A stretch of 64,000 nucleotides of DNA from Candidatus Latescibacterota bacterium (GTDB lineage Bacteria > Latescibacterota > UBA2968 > GCA-2709665), in contig OZ252100.1 of assembly GCA_965248435.1 (NCBI GenBank), positions 3,168,001 through 3,232,000 of the forward strand, in the 5' to 3' direction. Below are positions 29,936 to 39,545 of the stretch, piece by piece (within the stretch, counting starts at the first letter, position 1; each line of letters opens with the position of its first letter). Both the position numbers and the translations under genes were made by a program. The notes beneath the pieces were generated by a model. It ran no database searches. It was not told the origin of the DNA and saw nothing but the letters and a program-made list of their open reading frames with translations.

Positions 29936-30715
29936 CTACTTTCGAACATCGAATATGACGAAATACGGAACGATACACGCGTCTTCAAGTTCCGGAGCCC
30001 GCGATATCGCTTCGGGGGTAGGCACGGGCTCTTCCATCCGTTCGATCTTGAAGCCTGCGTCTACGATCCAACTGATCCAGTCCGACAAGGGCGCGTGAAT
30101 TCCGGTCGTAGTCCAATCGTATTTGTAACGCGAACTTTTCCATTCGAACTCGATCGGACCGCGATCGAAGTAGCCTGCGATCTCCAAAGCCGTTTTCCTT
30201 CCCGCCTCATCCATCACCCATCTGCGATACGGGGTGTCCGTGCAAGGATGTGTATTGCAGAAAACGAATCGAGCTCCAGGTTTCAATACGCGATGGACTG
30301 CTGCTATTAATGCAGATGGATCGTAGGTGTCCTGAAGGGTGACACAGGCGGTAGCCAGATCGAACGACTCGGGGGGGAAGGACTCGCCGATATTGGCTGC
30401 ATCGAGCACTCGGTAGCTGATGTTTTCGTTCCCGGACAGTGTCTTCGCGATCCTGATCATTTGCGGCGACAGATCGAGGGCCGTCACCTGTGCGCCTCTC
30501 CTGGACATCTCACGTGAGAAATATCCGGCACCACAACCCACGTCGATCACCGCCAACCCGGATACGTTGCCGCAGAGCTCGACCTGCGCTGGGCCGAAGT
30601 ACTCGGTTCGGTAGTAGTCGCTTCCGGAGGTCTGTAATTCAGCGAACGCCTCTGCGGCGTGGTCCCACTGCTTTCTTGCCACGTCGGCGCTGAAATCGGT
30701 CGGCCTCTTTCGCAT
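29936..30715 (-). CDS. Class I SAM-dependent methyltransferase
   Basis: VIDVGCGAG, VLKPGARF. Confidence 0.9.
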   Translation of the reverse strand: MRKRPTDFSADVARKQWDHAAEAFAELQTSGSDYYRTEYFGPAQVELCGNVSGLAVIDVGCGAGYFSREMSRRGAQVTALDLSPQMIRIAKTLSGNENISYRVLDAANIGESFPPESFDLATACVTLQDTYDPSALIAAVHRVLKPGARFVFCNTHPCTDTPYRRWVMDEAGRKTALEIAGYFDRGPIEFEWKSSRYKYDWTTTGIHAPLSDWISWIVDAGFKIERMEEPVPTPEAISRAPELEDACIVPYFVIFDVRK

Positions 30716-30731
30716 CAGATGGTCTCTGTTC

Positions 30732-31253
30732 TCAACTCTGTGTCAGACTTTTGGTCATGTAAATTACGAGATCGTCATCCACTCTCACGTGCGTTCTCTC
30801 CTCCACGGGCTCCTCTTTATAGGTTAAGCCGCGTCCATCCGGAATGTAGCCCCTTTTTGCGTACATTCGCTGAGCGGACCCATAGGCTGACGACAATCCT
30901 ACTCCGATTCCACAAGTGGAGTAGCGTTCCGAGATGAGCTCTTCCGCGCGGTCCATCATCTGCGATCCGAAGCCGCGGCGTCGAAAGTCGGGCTTCACGT
31001 TGAAATCCTGAACTTCAGGGATCCCGCGGTCCACGAACGTCGAGTAGGCAGGGCGCCAGTTTATCGTGAGGTAACCTACGATCCGCCCGTCGAATCGTGC
31101 CACCAGAACCGTCCGCTTTCCGCTCGCATGTTCCGATCTGTATCGGAGGTAGACCTCCACGGTCTTCGCCATATCAGTCGACTCAAACGCCACCGATAGG
31201 TCATCGAAGTCGCGGTCGGTGGCGATTCCGATGTGAAGTGCCGTGGACATCAT
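30732..31253 (-). CDS. GNAT acetyltransferase
   Basis: VKPDFRRRGFGS; YGSAQRMYAKRGY. Confidence 0.9.
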   Translation of the reverse strand: MMSTALHIGIATDRDFDDLSVAFESTDMAKTVEVYLRYRSEHASGKRTVLVARFDGRIVGYLTINWRPAYSTFVDRGIPEVQDFNVKPDFRRRGFGSQMMDRAEELISERYSTCGIGVGLSSAYGSAQRMYAKRGYIPDGRGLTYKEEPVEERTHVRVDDDLVIYMTKSLTQS

Positions 31254-32230
31254 TCCAGGACCTCAGCGATCGCGATCCCGGACTCTCCGGCCACGGTGTA
31301 AAGGAGGTAGGTCCTGCCTTCCTCCTTGAAGATCGCCGGGTCGCGAAGCTCTCTGACCCTTCCGTGCGGGGCGTCTCGCTCCGAGGGCTCCAGCGGAAGA
31401 TCTGCACCCTCATAAGGCGTTTCCGGCACCATCACCGTAACCGGGTCGGTCGCCGTCCACGTCAACCAGTCATCCGTGAGTTCTACAGTCGACAGAAGAA
31501 TCGTCTCCGGGCAGTCGTGCGCATTCGAGAAGTAGGTGCGCAGCGTGTCTTCCTGGAGATCGACCGCTAGGTGCCTGAGGTCTTCTGTGAAGAGGGTCGG
31601 ACCCTGCTCGAAGTTCGTCAGTCCGTCCCGGGATCGGAAGAACATACCATACATTGCCGCGACATAGTAGTAGCCGTTCCAACGGAAGACACGGAAGTAC
31701 GTGCCGCCGTGGTCATCGGTGTCCGTGCCGAATACCTCTTCCGTAGGCTGAAACAGAAGCCCGTCACGCGACAGCGAAACCTTGGATTTCTGACGCCAGA
31801 CATTCAAGAGCAGTGGGTCGCATCCAGGGCCGGGGATGACGCCGTGGTAGTACATTCGAAATTCGTGCTTCTCGTCATCTATGTGGACATCCGGGGACGC
31901 GATGTGGTGTTTGCACCCAGATTGGTCCAGGGCGAGCACACCGGGTTCGTAGAGGGTCCAGGGTCCGCAAAGATCATCCGCATAGGCCAAACGGATGCTG
32001 CTTCCTGCGTGACTCGCGAAGTAGAGATAATAAGCTCCAAGCCTGTTATCGAGCCAGCCGGGCACGCGAATCAGAGAGGGTCCGGTAATGTTTGCGCCTA
32101 CCCTGGGATGCGTCTCAGGCGTGATGATCGGTTCGTCACAGAGTCTTTTTATTTGCATCGCACCGTTTGCTGTTTGTTGTAGATCGCTAATGTCGTCTTC
32201 CGACATTTCAGTGCACCCAGACACTACCAC
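31250..32230 (-). CDS. Five-bladed beta-propeller (GH32/43-like) hypothetical protein
   Basis: YYLYFASH, HIASPDVH, LRDPAIF...YLLY; start uncertain. Confidence 0.65.
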   Translation of the reverse strand: MVVSGCTEMSEDDISDLQQTANGAMQIKRLCDEPIITPETHPRVGANITGPSLIRVPGWLDNRLGAYYLYFASHAGSSIRLAYADDLCGPWTLYEPGVLALDQSGCKHHIASPDVHIDDEKHEFRMYYHGVIPGPGCDPLLLNVWRQKSKVSLSRDGLLFQPTEEVFGTDTDDHGGTYFRVFRWNGYYYVAAMYGMFFRSRDGLTNFEQGPTLFTEDLRHLAVDLQEDTLRTYFSNAHDCPETILLSTVELTDDWLTWTATDPVTVMVPETPYEGADLPLEPSERDAPHGRVRELRDPAIFKEEGRTYLLYTVAGESGIAIAEVLE

Positions 32231-32760
32231 GCCTTCACCTGACGCAGGAACGCATCGGCCTCTCTGGGATTCCGAAACTCAATGACCGCAGCTTTCCCTT
32301 GTTCGCCCGATTCAAACCGAGATCGATGACGACGTCGTCGGCCTGTGTGCGTCGTGAGGACCCACCATAGTATGGAGTCCTTGCTGAGAAATGTCATAGA
32401 GAAGGACTCCCTGTTTCCGGAAAATATCTCCTCGCGTGTTATGAGCCGTTTTACGCAGCGCCTCAGTACCCGAAAGAATGACGTGGGAAGCGAGTAGTTG
32501 AGCCATATGATGGTCGATGCCCGCGGCCAGACGATATCACGAACCTTGCCGTAATTCCCGTCGATGACCCAGCGGTCTTCTGCTGCCCGAGCTTCGACTG
32601 CAGCACGGAACACATCGAGTTCTCTAGGTGTCCAGTTCGGCCCCCAATGCAGGGCGTCCAGCTCCACGAAGGGCGAGTTGAGGAGCGACGCAAGATTCCT
32701 GGCAAAGGTGGTTTTTCCTGTTCCGCTCGTCCCGACGACAGAGGTTCGGTCAAGCGTCAG
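32224..32760 (-). CDS. Adenylate-kinase-like P-loop protein (FlaR/topology-modulation type)
   Basis: GTSGTGKTT, ELDALHW, WVIDGNY; probable CTG start after GGAGGG. Confidence 0.82.
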   Translation of the reverse strand: MTLDRTSVVGTSGTGKTTFARNLASLLNSPFVELDALHWGPNWTPRELDVFRAAVEARAAEDRWVIDGNYGKVRDIVWPRASTIIWLNYSLPTSFFRVLRRCVKRLITREEIFSGNRESFSMTFLSKDSILWWVLTTHTGRRRRHRSRFESGEQGKAAVIEFRNPREADAFLRQVKAW

Positions 32761-32819
32761 CCTGACACCCTCCGACGGAACAGTGCTGTTGTTCGATGTT
32801 CCACGTATGGGTCTCTTTG

Positions 32820-33749
32820 CTAGATCAGACCTTCCAAAGTCTCGGCGCGCTCGATGCTTTCTTGCCAGTCGCCGCCGACCTCTGCGCTCCAGCTGGCGTG
32901 GAGCACGGCGGAGGCCCATCCCCAGGTCAGGATGCGGTGACGAGACATGCCGGTCTCTTCGACGAGGATTTCGATGCGTCGCGCGAGCAGCTCGCGCCAG
33001 TCTTTTCCTTTGCAGGAATTTTCTGGATAGTTTCCGAAAAGGGCGTGGAATTCGTAGCAGGGATCGCCGACGATTCCCTTGGGGTCGATCGCCAGCCAGG
33101 GTGCGCGCTCTGCGCTCAGGACATTCCAGTGGTGCAGGTCGCCGTGCAGGACAACAGGCTTTGGAGAAGTCGCGATCAGCTCGGTGAATTCGGCCTCAGC
33201 CTTCTCTACCCACGTTTCAGGGAGCGGACCTGTTCCTCCGTTGAATCGCGCACGCAGGCGTTCGAGTCCTGAGAATTCGACCTCCATAGGGCGCAGGGAA
33301 TGCTCTGGAGGCGGTTCGCGCCAGAGCTGGCGCATGATTCGCGCAAGGATCCTGGTGTTTTCATCGTCGTTCGGCTCGACGCCCACCGGCACCCCGGGTC
33401 TCAATCGTTCGAGCAACATGGCGTTCAGCGCCCCGTCGTGATCCAGCAGTTCTACGCACGCTTCTCCCCCAAAGGTCTGGAGGATTTCACGCTCCCGCTC
33501 CACATCCGGTTTGTGGGAGCCGACCTTGACGATGACTTCGGTCCCGTCCCGGCGCGTCGCGGGAGCGATGTAGTTGAATGACATCTCCGTGTAATCTTCC
33601 GTCATGGGATCATCGATGCGCAGGTCCCATCGCCGGGCGCACGCCTCAAGCAGCTCCGGCAGACGCTCCAGCCAGGCGATGCCGTCTTCCTTGTACTGAT
33701 CTGTCACGCTGCTGGACAGGTGCTTGGAGACGAATATGGGTACCGACAT
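32820..33749 (-). CDS. Aminoglycoside/hydroxyurea resistance kinase family (APH(6)-like)
   Basis: WLERLPEL, MLLERL, LHGDLHHWNVL, IDPKG. Confidence 0.88.
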   Translation of the reverse strand: MSVPIFVSKHLSSSVTDQYKEDGIAWLERLPELLEACARRWDLRIDDPMTEDYTEMSFNYIAPATRRDGTEVIVKVGSHKPDVEREREILQTFGGEACVELLDHDGALNAMLLERLRPGVPVGVEPNDDENTRILARIMRQLWREPPPEHSLRPMEVEFSGLERLRARFNGGTGPLPETWVEKAEAEFTELIATSPKPVVLHGDLHHWNVLSAERAPWLAIDPKGIVGDPCYEFHALFGNYPENSCKGKDWRELLARRIEILVEETGMSRHRILTWGWASAVLHASWSAEVGGDWQESIERAETLEGLI

Positions 33750-33770
33750 ACGGTTCCTGATTCGTAAACG

Positions 33771-34598
33771 TTACGGTTTACGTTTCATGACCGCCTGCAC
33801 CACTCGCAAGCGGTTCTCCTCCAGGTTCCGGAATAGATTCTTGAATTTGGTCAGCGCTTCGTCACCCATTAAAAGATGCAATCCAAGCGGCGGCCGGCCT
33901 TCGGCCTGCATTCGCTCCAGCGCCGTCTGAAAGAAGGCGACCGACGCTTTGGTCTTGTCTTCCCATCGCGACACTTCAAAACCCAAATCGGCCAGCAACC
34001 TCTGCAGGTCTTCCTCGGTAATCAAGTGACTTATCGAATCATCCGATGCCCAGGGTACGGGATAGAGCAGTTCATCGTTCGCTTTAGAGAGGATGTCGTG
34101 AAAGGCGAACTGCCCGTCTGCCTTTAACACTCTGGCAATCTCGCCATAGAAACCGGCTTTCTCCTCGATGTTCATCTGAACGTGTTCTGTCCAAACCACG
34201 TCGAACTGACCCTCTGAGAACGGCATCTCCAACGCACTTCCCTGCCGAAAGTGGGTCTGGCCGTCCAGACCTACTCGAGTCGACAAGAGCTCGGCAACTC
34301 TACAGTACTCGTCAGTCAGGTCGATCCCGATGACCTCGCACCCTGTCGTGGACGCCAGGTAGCGGGCTGTGCCTCCCAGTCCACATCCGACGTCGAGCAG
34401 CTGATGGTTCGGCGCGATCTGAGCCCACTCTGCCAGTTCTTCCGTCGCGGACCGGCCCCGAATGTGGAACGCATCGACAGGCGCGAGGTCGTCGACTGTC
34501 AGGGCATTAAGATCTTTCCCCGAGCTTTCGAGAGCCTGGAAAACTCTGTCCCCGATGTCGCCTACACCGTAGTGCCCAGCAATTTTGCGGTCATACAT
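33771..34598 (-). CDS. SAM-dependent methyltransferase
   Basis: DAFHIRG...LLDVGCGLGG; HVQMNI. Confidence 0.9.
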   Translation of the reverse strand: MYDRKIAGHYGVGDIGDRVFQALESSGKDLNALTVDDLAPVDAFHIRGRSATEELAEWAQIAPNHQLLDVGCGLGGTARYLASTTGCEVIGIDLTDEYCRVAELLSTRVGLDGQTHFRQGSALEMPFSEGQFDVVWTEHVQMNIEEKAGFYGEIARVLKADGQFAFHDILSKANDELLYPVPWASDDSISHLITEEDLQRLLADLGFEVSRWEDKTKASVAFFQTALERMQAEGRPPLGLHLLMGDEALTKFKNLFRNLEENRLRVVQAVMKRKP

Positions 34599-34620
34599 AA
34601 CTTGCCTTCACTGGAAAGTG

Positions 34621-35460
34621 TCAGCTCGGATCAGGTCGCGGGAGGTTCAGATAGACCGGCTTGCGGTCCATGAAGACGACCTGAGACTGGATGCCACTCT
34701 GTGCGGCCAATTCGGAGACCTCGGCGAAATGACTGCCGACGTGCTTGCTTTGATGGGCGTCGCTTCCAAAACTGATCTTTTTGCCTCCCAACTCGGCATA
34801 TCGCTTGACCGCCCAGTCTGCCGGCATCGGCTCTCCGACAGAGTCCCGCATCGTGCTGGTGTTCACCTCGGGGACGAGCTCGGCCGCGATGGCGGTTCGC
34901 CAGATCTCATCCAGGATGTCGCGGGATGAGACGACGTCGAAGGCATTGCAGTATCTCTGGGTGTAGCGTTTTACCAGGTCGACGTGTGAGAGGATGTCGA
35001 AGTAGTGCGTGCCTGTCTCCTTGAGCTCCAGGCACATCCTTACCGCCTCCAGGACTTTGGTAAAGTAGAGCTCCGTTTCGCGCCGCCAGTCGACATTCGC
35101 CCAGTGCTCAGGCTTGTACTTGGGCTTACCGTCCCACCAGTGGATGCTTAACAGGACGACGTCGAAGCTGTGCTCATCGATGTAGCTGAGGATGTCTTCC
35201 ATCTGCTCGGGCTGGTAATCGACTTCGATGCCCATTCCCACACGCAGCCGATCACCGAACTGCCCCCTGAGCTGAGAGACCGTCTCCAAAATCCCATCGT
35301 AGTCCCAACGGGAAATCTCCCACTCGCTTGGATGGGTGTCGAAATGCTCCGTGAAAGTGAGCCCGCTCAGGCCGTTCGCTATGGCCTGTCGGCAGTTCTC
35401 GGCAGGGTCTGCCTCCGAGTCGATGGAGTGTCTTGAATGCAGATGCTGGTCGTGGAGCAT
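34621..35460 (-). CDS. PHP-family phosphatase (HisJ/HisK-like)
   Basis: DQHLHS..S.D, FTEH, LSIH, SHVD, EVNTS, GSDAH. Confidence 0.88.
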   Translation of the reverse strand: MLHDQHLHSRHSIDSEADPAENCRQAIANGLSGLTFTEHFDTHPSEWEISRWDYDGILETVSQLRGQFGDRLRVGMGIEVDYQPEQMEDILSYIDEHSFDVVLLSIHWWDGKPKYKPEHWANVDWRRETELYFTKVLEAVRMCLELKETGTHYFDILSHVDLVKRYTQRYCNAFDVVSSRDILDEIWRTAIAAELVPEVNTSTMRDSVGEPMPADWAVKRYAELGGKKISFGSDAHQSKHVGSHFAEVSELAAQSGIQSQVVFMDRKPVYLNLPRPDPS

Positions 35461-35485
35461 CCTAGGTTCCAAAGGAGTCCTGGCT

Positions 35486-35839
35486 TCAGGGATCGATAAC
35501 CTCGTCAGGTTCCGGCATCTCTGGAAACTGGACTGCCATAACCGTGCTCTGCCCCTCGATGAGTGCTCTGCAGAGGCGGTGGCCCCCGTCCATGAGAGAG
35601 CCGTCTGAGTTGAGGATGATAGGCCGATCGAGAGATGCCGCGTTGATGCGCTGGCAGTGTTGGGCAACTTCCCTCAGCGTCGGGTTTTTCTCCGGACCAA
35701 ACCAGCAGTCTTCGTCCAGCTCTCGAATAGACGACACCTCAACTTTGAATGGTGGAAGTGAGGCTGATTTCGCCCAGAGATTGTCAGTGTACCAGACGAA
35801 CCGCTTCCCATCTCGAATGTTGGTGTGCTTCTGGGGCAT
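35486..35839 (-). CDS. Small ParB/Srx-like domain hypothetical protein
   Basis: PIILNSDGSLMDGGHRLCRA matches the ParBc DGxHR motif. Confidence 0.65.
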   Translation of the reverse strand: MPQKHTNIRDGKRFVWYTDNLWAKSASLPPFKVEVSSIRELDEDCWFGPEKNPTLREVAQHCQRINAASLDRPIILNSDGSLMDGGHRLCRALIEGQSTVMAVQFPEMPEPDEVIDP

Positions 35840-35874
35840 CTCTTCTCCTTAGGACCTCGACTGGATTCCCCGGA

Positions 35875-36381
35875 CTAAAGCGTCAATTGGGTGTACTCGA
35901 CATCCAACCAGCGCCCGAATTTGTAGCCGACTTCCTTCAGGCAGCCTACGCGCTCGAATCCCAGGGTCTCTTGAAACGCCAGGCTCGCTGGGTGTTCCGT
36001 ACACGCGCCGCCGAGGATCGTGTGATGGCCGATCTCTCTTGCGCGGTCAATGAGGTCGACGAGAAGCGCCCGCCCGATCCCCTTTCGGTGAGACTCGTGA
36101 TCTACGTAGACCGAGGCCTCGACCGAATGCAGGTAAGCACATCGCGACTTCCACGGCGACAGCGCACCCCATCCGGCGACATTTCCATCCAGCTCGGCAA
36201 CTAACACCGGGTGGGTACTCGATCTTTCGCTGAACCATTGGCCGAGTTCTTGTTCCGTCTTTTGCTCGAGGTCAAATGTGCAGGTCGAGTTGACAATGTA
36301 ATAGTTATAGATGTCACCTATCGCAGGAAGATCATCGATTGTCGCGTGTCTAACGCTCACTTCAGGTTTGGTGCTTTTCAT
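35875..36381 (-). CDS. GNAT acetyltransferase (YncA/Pat-like)
   Basis: IYNYYI, RKGIGRALL, VGYKFGRWLD. Confidence 0.92.
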   Translation of the reverse strand: MKSTKPEVSVRHATIDDLPAIGDIYNYYIVNSTCTFDLEQKTEQELGQWFSERSSTHPVLVAELDGNVAGWGALSPWKSRCAYLHSVEASVYVDHESHRKGIGRALLVDLIDRAREIGHHTILGGACTEHPASLAFQETLGFERVGCLKEVGYKFGRWLDVEYTQLTL

Positions 36382-36441
36382 TGTTAAGTCACTGATTTCC
36401 AGGTAAGGGTGGTACGAAGGATTGGGACCTCAGGAATATAC

Positions 36442-36468
36442 AAAAAAAGCCTCCCTGAGAGGGAGGCT
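36442..36468 (-). terminator. Intrinsic terminator
   Basis: Minus strand AGCCTCCCT-CTC-AGGGAGGCT followed by a T run. Confidence 0.75.
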
Positions 36469-36502
36469 GTGAGCTCAGGCCGCTCAGGACAGTTTGGACA
36501 AC

Positions 36503-37318
36503 TCAGCCTCCCTTTTCTGCGATGAGCATCAGGCCGTTCGGCAGCTTAGAAACAATCTCTGGCAGGTCACAATTTTCCTCGTGTGAGCCCCACGATTCGA
36601 ACTCATCCATCTCCTTGATGCAGAATCCGGCCTGTGCGATCGCATTCACGACATCGGCAAGCGGATGGAAGAACTCGACGATCTCCGGACCCTGCCAGCC
36701 ACCGTACCTGTTGGCCATCGGGGTTCCGTCGAACGGGTAGTACTCGGGCGAGCGATCGAAGTAGCTTCGCTGAATGGTGATCACGCCGCTCCGCTCTTCG
36801 AGGCATTCCGAGACCGGATTGCCGTGTGTCACGACAAGCCTCCCGCCCGGCTTCAGGACCCGGTGCCAGGATCTGCAACACAGAAAGAGGTCCTCGAACC
36901 AGCAGATATATGTGGCGACGACCAGGTCGAACTGTTCGTCTGGAATCGGAGTGAGCGTCTGTGCGTCTGCGACCTGAAACTCGACCCGAGAGCCGATCTT
37001 TTCCGCGTTTTCTCTGGCGATCTGGATGGCGACTGGACTGAGGTCTGTCGCAACGACGTTGGCTCCCAGGTTCTCATAGGAGAACGCCTGTTTCGCGTCA
37101 CCAGCGCAACAGATGTCCAGGAGATTCAGGCCCTTGACGTCGCCGATCCGCTTGAGGAAGCCTTCGTCCAAGTCTACTCCGTCGTTGGCGAAGAAGGTGT
37201 GGAAGTCAGGTCGGTCATTGAGATTGAATTCCATGTAGGCGGGATGGTAGGCATCCCAGGCCTCCCTGAGCATCTTCAGGTGTCGGCTTTTCGCGTTCTT
37301 TTGGTTCTTCTCAGACAT
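36503..37318 (-). CDS. Class I SAM-dependent methyltransferase
   Basis: LLDICCAG, DLSPVAI, VLKPGGRL. Confidence 0.88.
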   Translation of the reverse strand: MSEKNQKNAKSRHLKMLREAWDAYHPAYMEFNLNDRPDFHTFFANDGVDLDEGFLKRIGDVKGLNLLDICCAGDAKQAFSYENLGANVVATDLSPVAIQIARENAEKIGSRVEFQVADAQTLTPIPDEQFDLVVATYICWFEDLFLCCRSWHRVLKPGGRLVVTHGNPVSECLEERSGVITIQRSYFDRSPEYYPFDGTPMANRYGGWQGPEIVEFFHPLADVVNAIAQAGFCIKEMDEFESWGSHEENCDLPEIVSKLPNGLMLIAEKGG

Positions 37319-37481
37319 TGTGTGCCTCGGGAAGGGTGAGTTGGTCGGGAGTTTTCGCCCGTCGTTTCGGAAAGAACTAATCGACATCCGTCAATTTCTT
37401 GGTTACCTTCTGCGGGAAAGTTTGACGGTTCCAGGCCGGAATCAAACACTTGCGCAGATTGTTTTCTCGGAGGAACCTGAG

Positions 37482-37853
37482 ATGCCAAAGTATCCAAAAA
37501 GCTATCCAGAAGTCGAGCAGGTGATTCAGTGCGGGCCCGTTGTCCATGTGAGAGATCCTCAGGAGACGGCTCGCTATTACCGAGACGTATTGGGATTCGA
37601 GTATGACTTTGGTGGCGAACGTTACGCCGTTGTGTGGAGAGACAACGCGGCCGTCCACTTTGCGAAGAGCGATCAGCCTGCCTCTGGTGTAAAACTCTTC
37701 CTCTGGGTCAAGGATGCGGATGAAGTCTACGAAGAGTTCAGGAACAAAGGCGCTGAGATAAAAGTGGAGATAGGCGACAGAGAATATGGAGTCAGAGACT
37801 TTGGCGTCGAAGACCTCAACGGTCTGGAGGTCGTGATCGGACAGGACATCTGA
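37482..37853 (+). CDS. VOC/bleomycin-resistance family protein
   Basis: ATG after GGAGG; YYRDVLGF...YGVRDFGVEDLNG. Confidence 0.88.
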   Translation: MPKYPKSYPEVEQVIQCGPVVHVRDPQETARYYRDVLGFEYDFGGERYAVVWRDNAAVHFAKSDQPASGVKLFLWVKDADEVYEEFRNKGAEIKVEIGDREYGVRDFGVEDLNGLEVVIGQDI

Positions 37854-37879
37854 GTCCTGGATTTCAGCGAGTCTGCACG

Positions 37880-37923
37880 AACGGAGAGGGTGGTTACGAA
37901 CCAGCCTCTCCGTTTTTGTTTTT
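37880..37923 (+). terminator. Intrinsic terminator
   Basis: AACGGAGAGG...CCTCTCCGTT followed by TTTGTTTT. Confidence 0.7.
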
Positions 37924-37994
37924 CGGGCTACGGTCGCTCAATCGCCATCACGCACAGAGACGTCGACTGCAAACACTGACTTGGATGTCGATTT

Positions 37995-39464
37995 TTATGA
38001 ACTCAGCCACTTATTCACGATTCCTTCATCGGACTCGTTGTAGCCGGTGAAGCAGTTGTCCATGATCTTCCAATAGTCTATGGAAGGATTATCCCTGAGC
38101 GCGTAACTTGCATCCACATACAGGCCACGTACGGCCTGACGTCTCCACTGACGGAACGCCTCTTTGTTGTAAGCGACCAGGTCCCGATGCGTCTGTTCGT
38201 AATCGACGATGGACCTCAAGTCCTCGTCCAACTGCTTGACGACGTCGGGTCGTTCTTCACTCAAATCATACAGCTCCTGCGGGTCGCTCTCGATGTCGAA
38301 CAACTGGGGAGAAAAGCCTACGAATGCGACATACTTCCACCTGTCTTTACGAAGCATATAGGCAGATGTGTTCAGCGTAATGCCCGTAAAACAGGCATAG
38401 GCCCAGTCACGGCTCTCAGTCGTGTTCCCGTTGGCGAGGGGCAGAAGAGACTCCCCATCCAAACCGCCGCGTGGTGAAAGGTTTCCCATCTGCATGAGGG
38501 TCGGACATATGTCGATCAACGATACCAGGTTCGACACTCGCAGACCCTGCTGGACACCGGGCCCTGTGAAAACCATGGGCACTCGGACAGATCCCTCGTA
38601 CATGGACATCTTGTACCACTCCTGGTGTTCCAGGGCCATCTCCCCGTGGTCTCCGGCGAACACGAAGTACGTATTCTCCGCGAGTCCCAGCTCGTGCATC
38701 GCATCGTAAACGGTGCCGACAAGGGCGTCCGCTTCCGCACACATCGCGAAGTAAATTCTGCGCAGTTGTCTCACCGTTTCGGGATCGAACCCAAAGCGCC
38801 ACCCTTTGGTCATCCGTTGATACAGCCTCACAGGATGATCGGTCTCGTCTAATTCGGGGATGTCCACGGCCTCCGATGCGATCTTTTGCAGCCAGTGTTG
38901 ATTCGTATTGAACGGGGCGTGCACGAGCGACGTGCTGACGTATAGGAAGAAGGGTTTCTCACTTCCCCGCTGATGCTTCAAAAAATCAACTGCGTGATCC
39001 ACGTGCTGCCAGTCCCCCTCGTGGCAACGTATGTCCTCGCTGTCTGCGACGCTGAAGCACTGAGAGGGGTCCTTGTCGTGGATCGGTCTGTTGATTCCGG
39101 ATGTTCCCAGCCAGGCTCCGAGTCGGGCCAATTGCGTATGCTTACCCGACGTGTAGTCAAGCTTCCCGAAGGTGCCGAGTGTATGCGTCCTGGGCAACTC
39201 ATCGGGTAAAGACCACATGCCCGGCTCCAGGCCTTTGTGGTTGTTCCAGCTCTCGCAATGGTGGGTATACTGCCCGGACCACATATTGGCTCGAGACGGA
39301 CAGCAGATGGGGTGAGAGCAGTAGGCATTCTCGAACAGCGCACCAGATCGAGCGATGCGATCGATGTTCGGCGTGGCGTCCTTGAGTGCGGGATGTCCCA
39401 TAGCGCCGAGCATGCGGCCATCCCAGCTATCGGCGTGAAAGAAGACGATGTTGCTTTTAGCCAT
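37995..39464 (-). CDS. Formylglycine-dependent sulfatase (choline-sulfatase/ARSK-like)
   Basis: CCPSRA (CxPxR), GKLD, GDHGE, MYEGSVRVP. Confidence 0.93.
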   Translation of the reverse strand: MAKSNIVFFHADSWDGRMLGAMGHPALKDATPNIDRIARSGALFENAYCSHPICCPSRANMWSGQYTHHCESWNNHKGLEPGMWSLPDELPRTHTLGTFGKLDYTSGKHTQLARLGAWLGTSGINRPIHDKDPSQCFSVADSEDIRCHEGDWQHVDHAVDFLKHQRGSEKPFFLYVSTSLVHAPFNTNQHWLQKIASEAVDIPELDETDHPVRLYQRMTKGWRFGFDPETVRQLRRIYFAMCAEADALVGTVYDAMHELGLAENTYFVFAGDHGEMALEHQEWYKMSMYEGSVRVPMVFTGPGVQQGLRVSNLVSLIDICPTLMQMGNLSPRGGLDGESLLPLANGNTTESRDWAYACFTGITLNTSAYMLRKDRWKYVAFVGFSPQLFDIESDPQELYDLSEERPDVVKQLDEDLRSIVDYEQTHRDLVAYNKEAFRQWRRQAVRGLYVDASYALRDNPSIDYWKIMDNCFTGYNESDEGIVNKWLSS

Positions 39465-39545
39465 TATTTCTCCTTCGGACGGGTCGTTGCGCACGCCAGA
39501 CCTTGATCTCGTTTCACGGGATGCGCGAGGATCGGGAAAAGAATG

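Noticed and set aside
32820-33749. Bona fide streptomycin resistance gene (strB)
   Set aside because: Only family-level motifs are visible and there is no mobile context; the substrate cannot be inferred.
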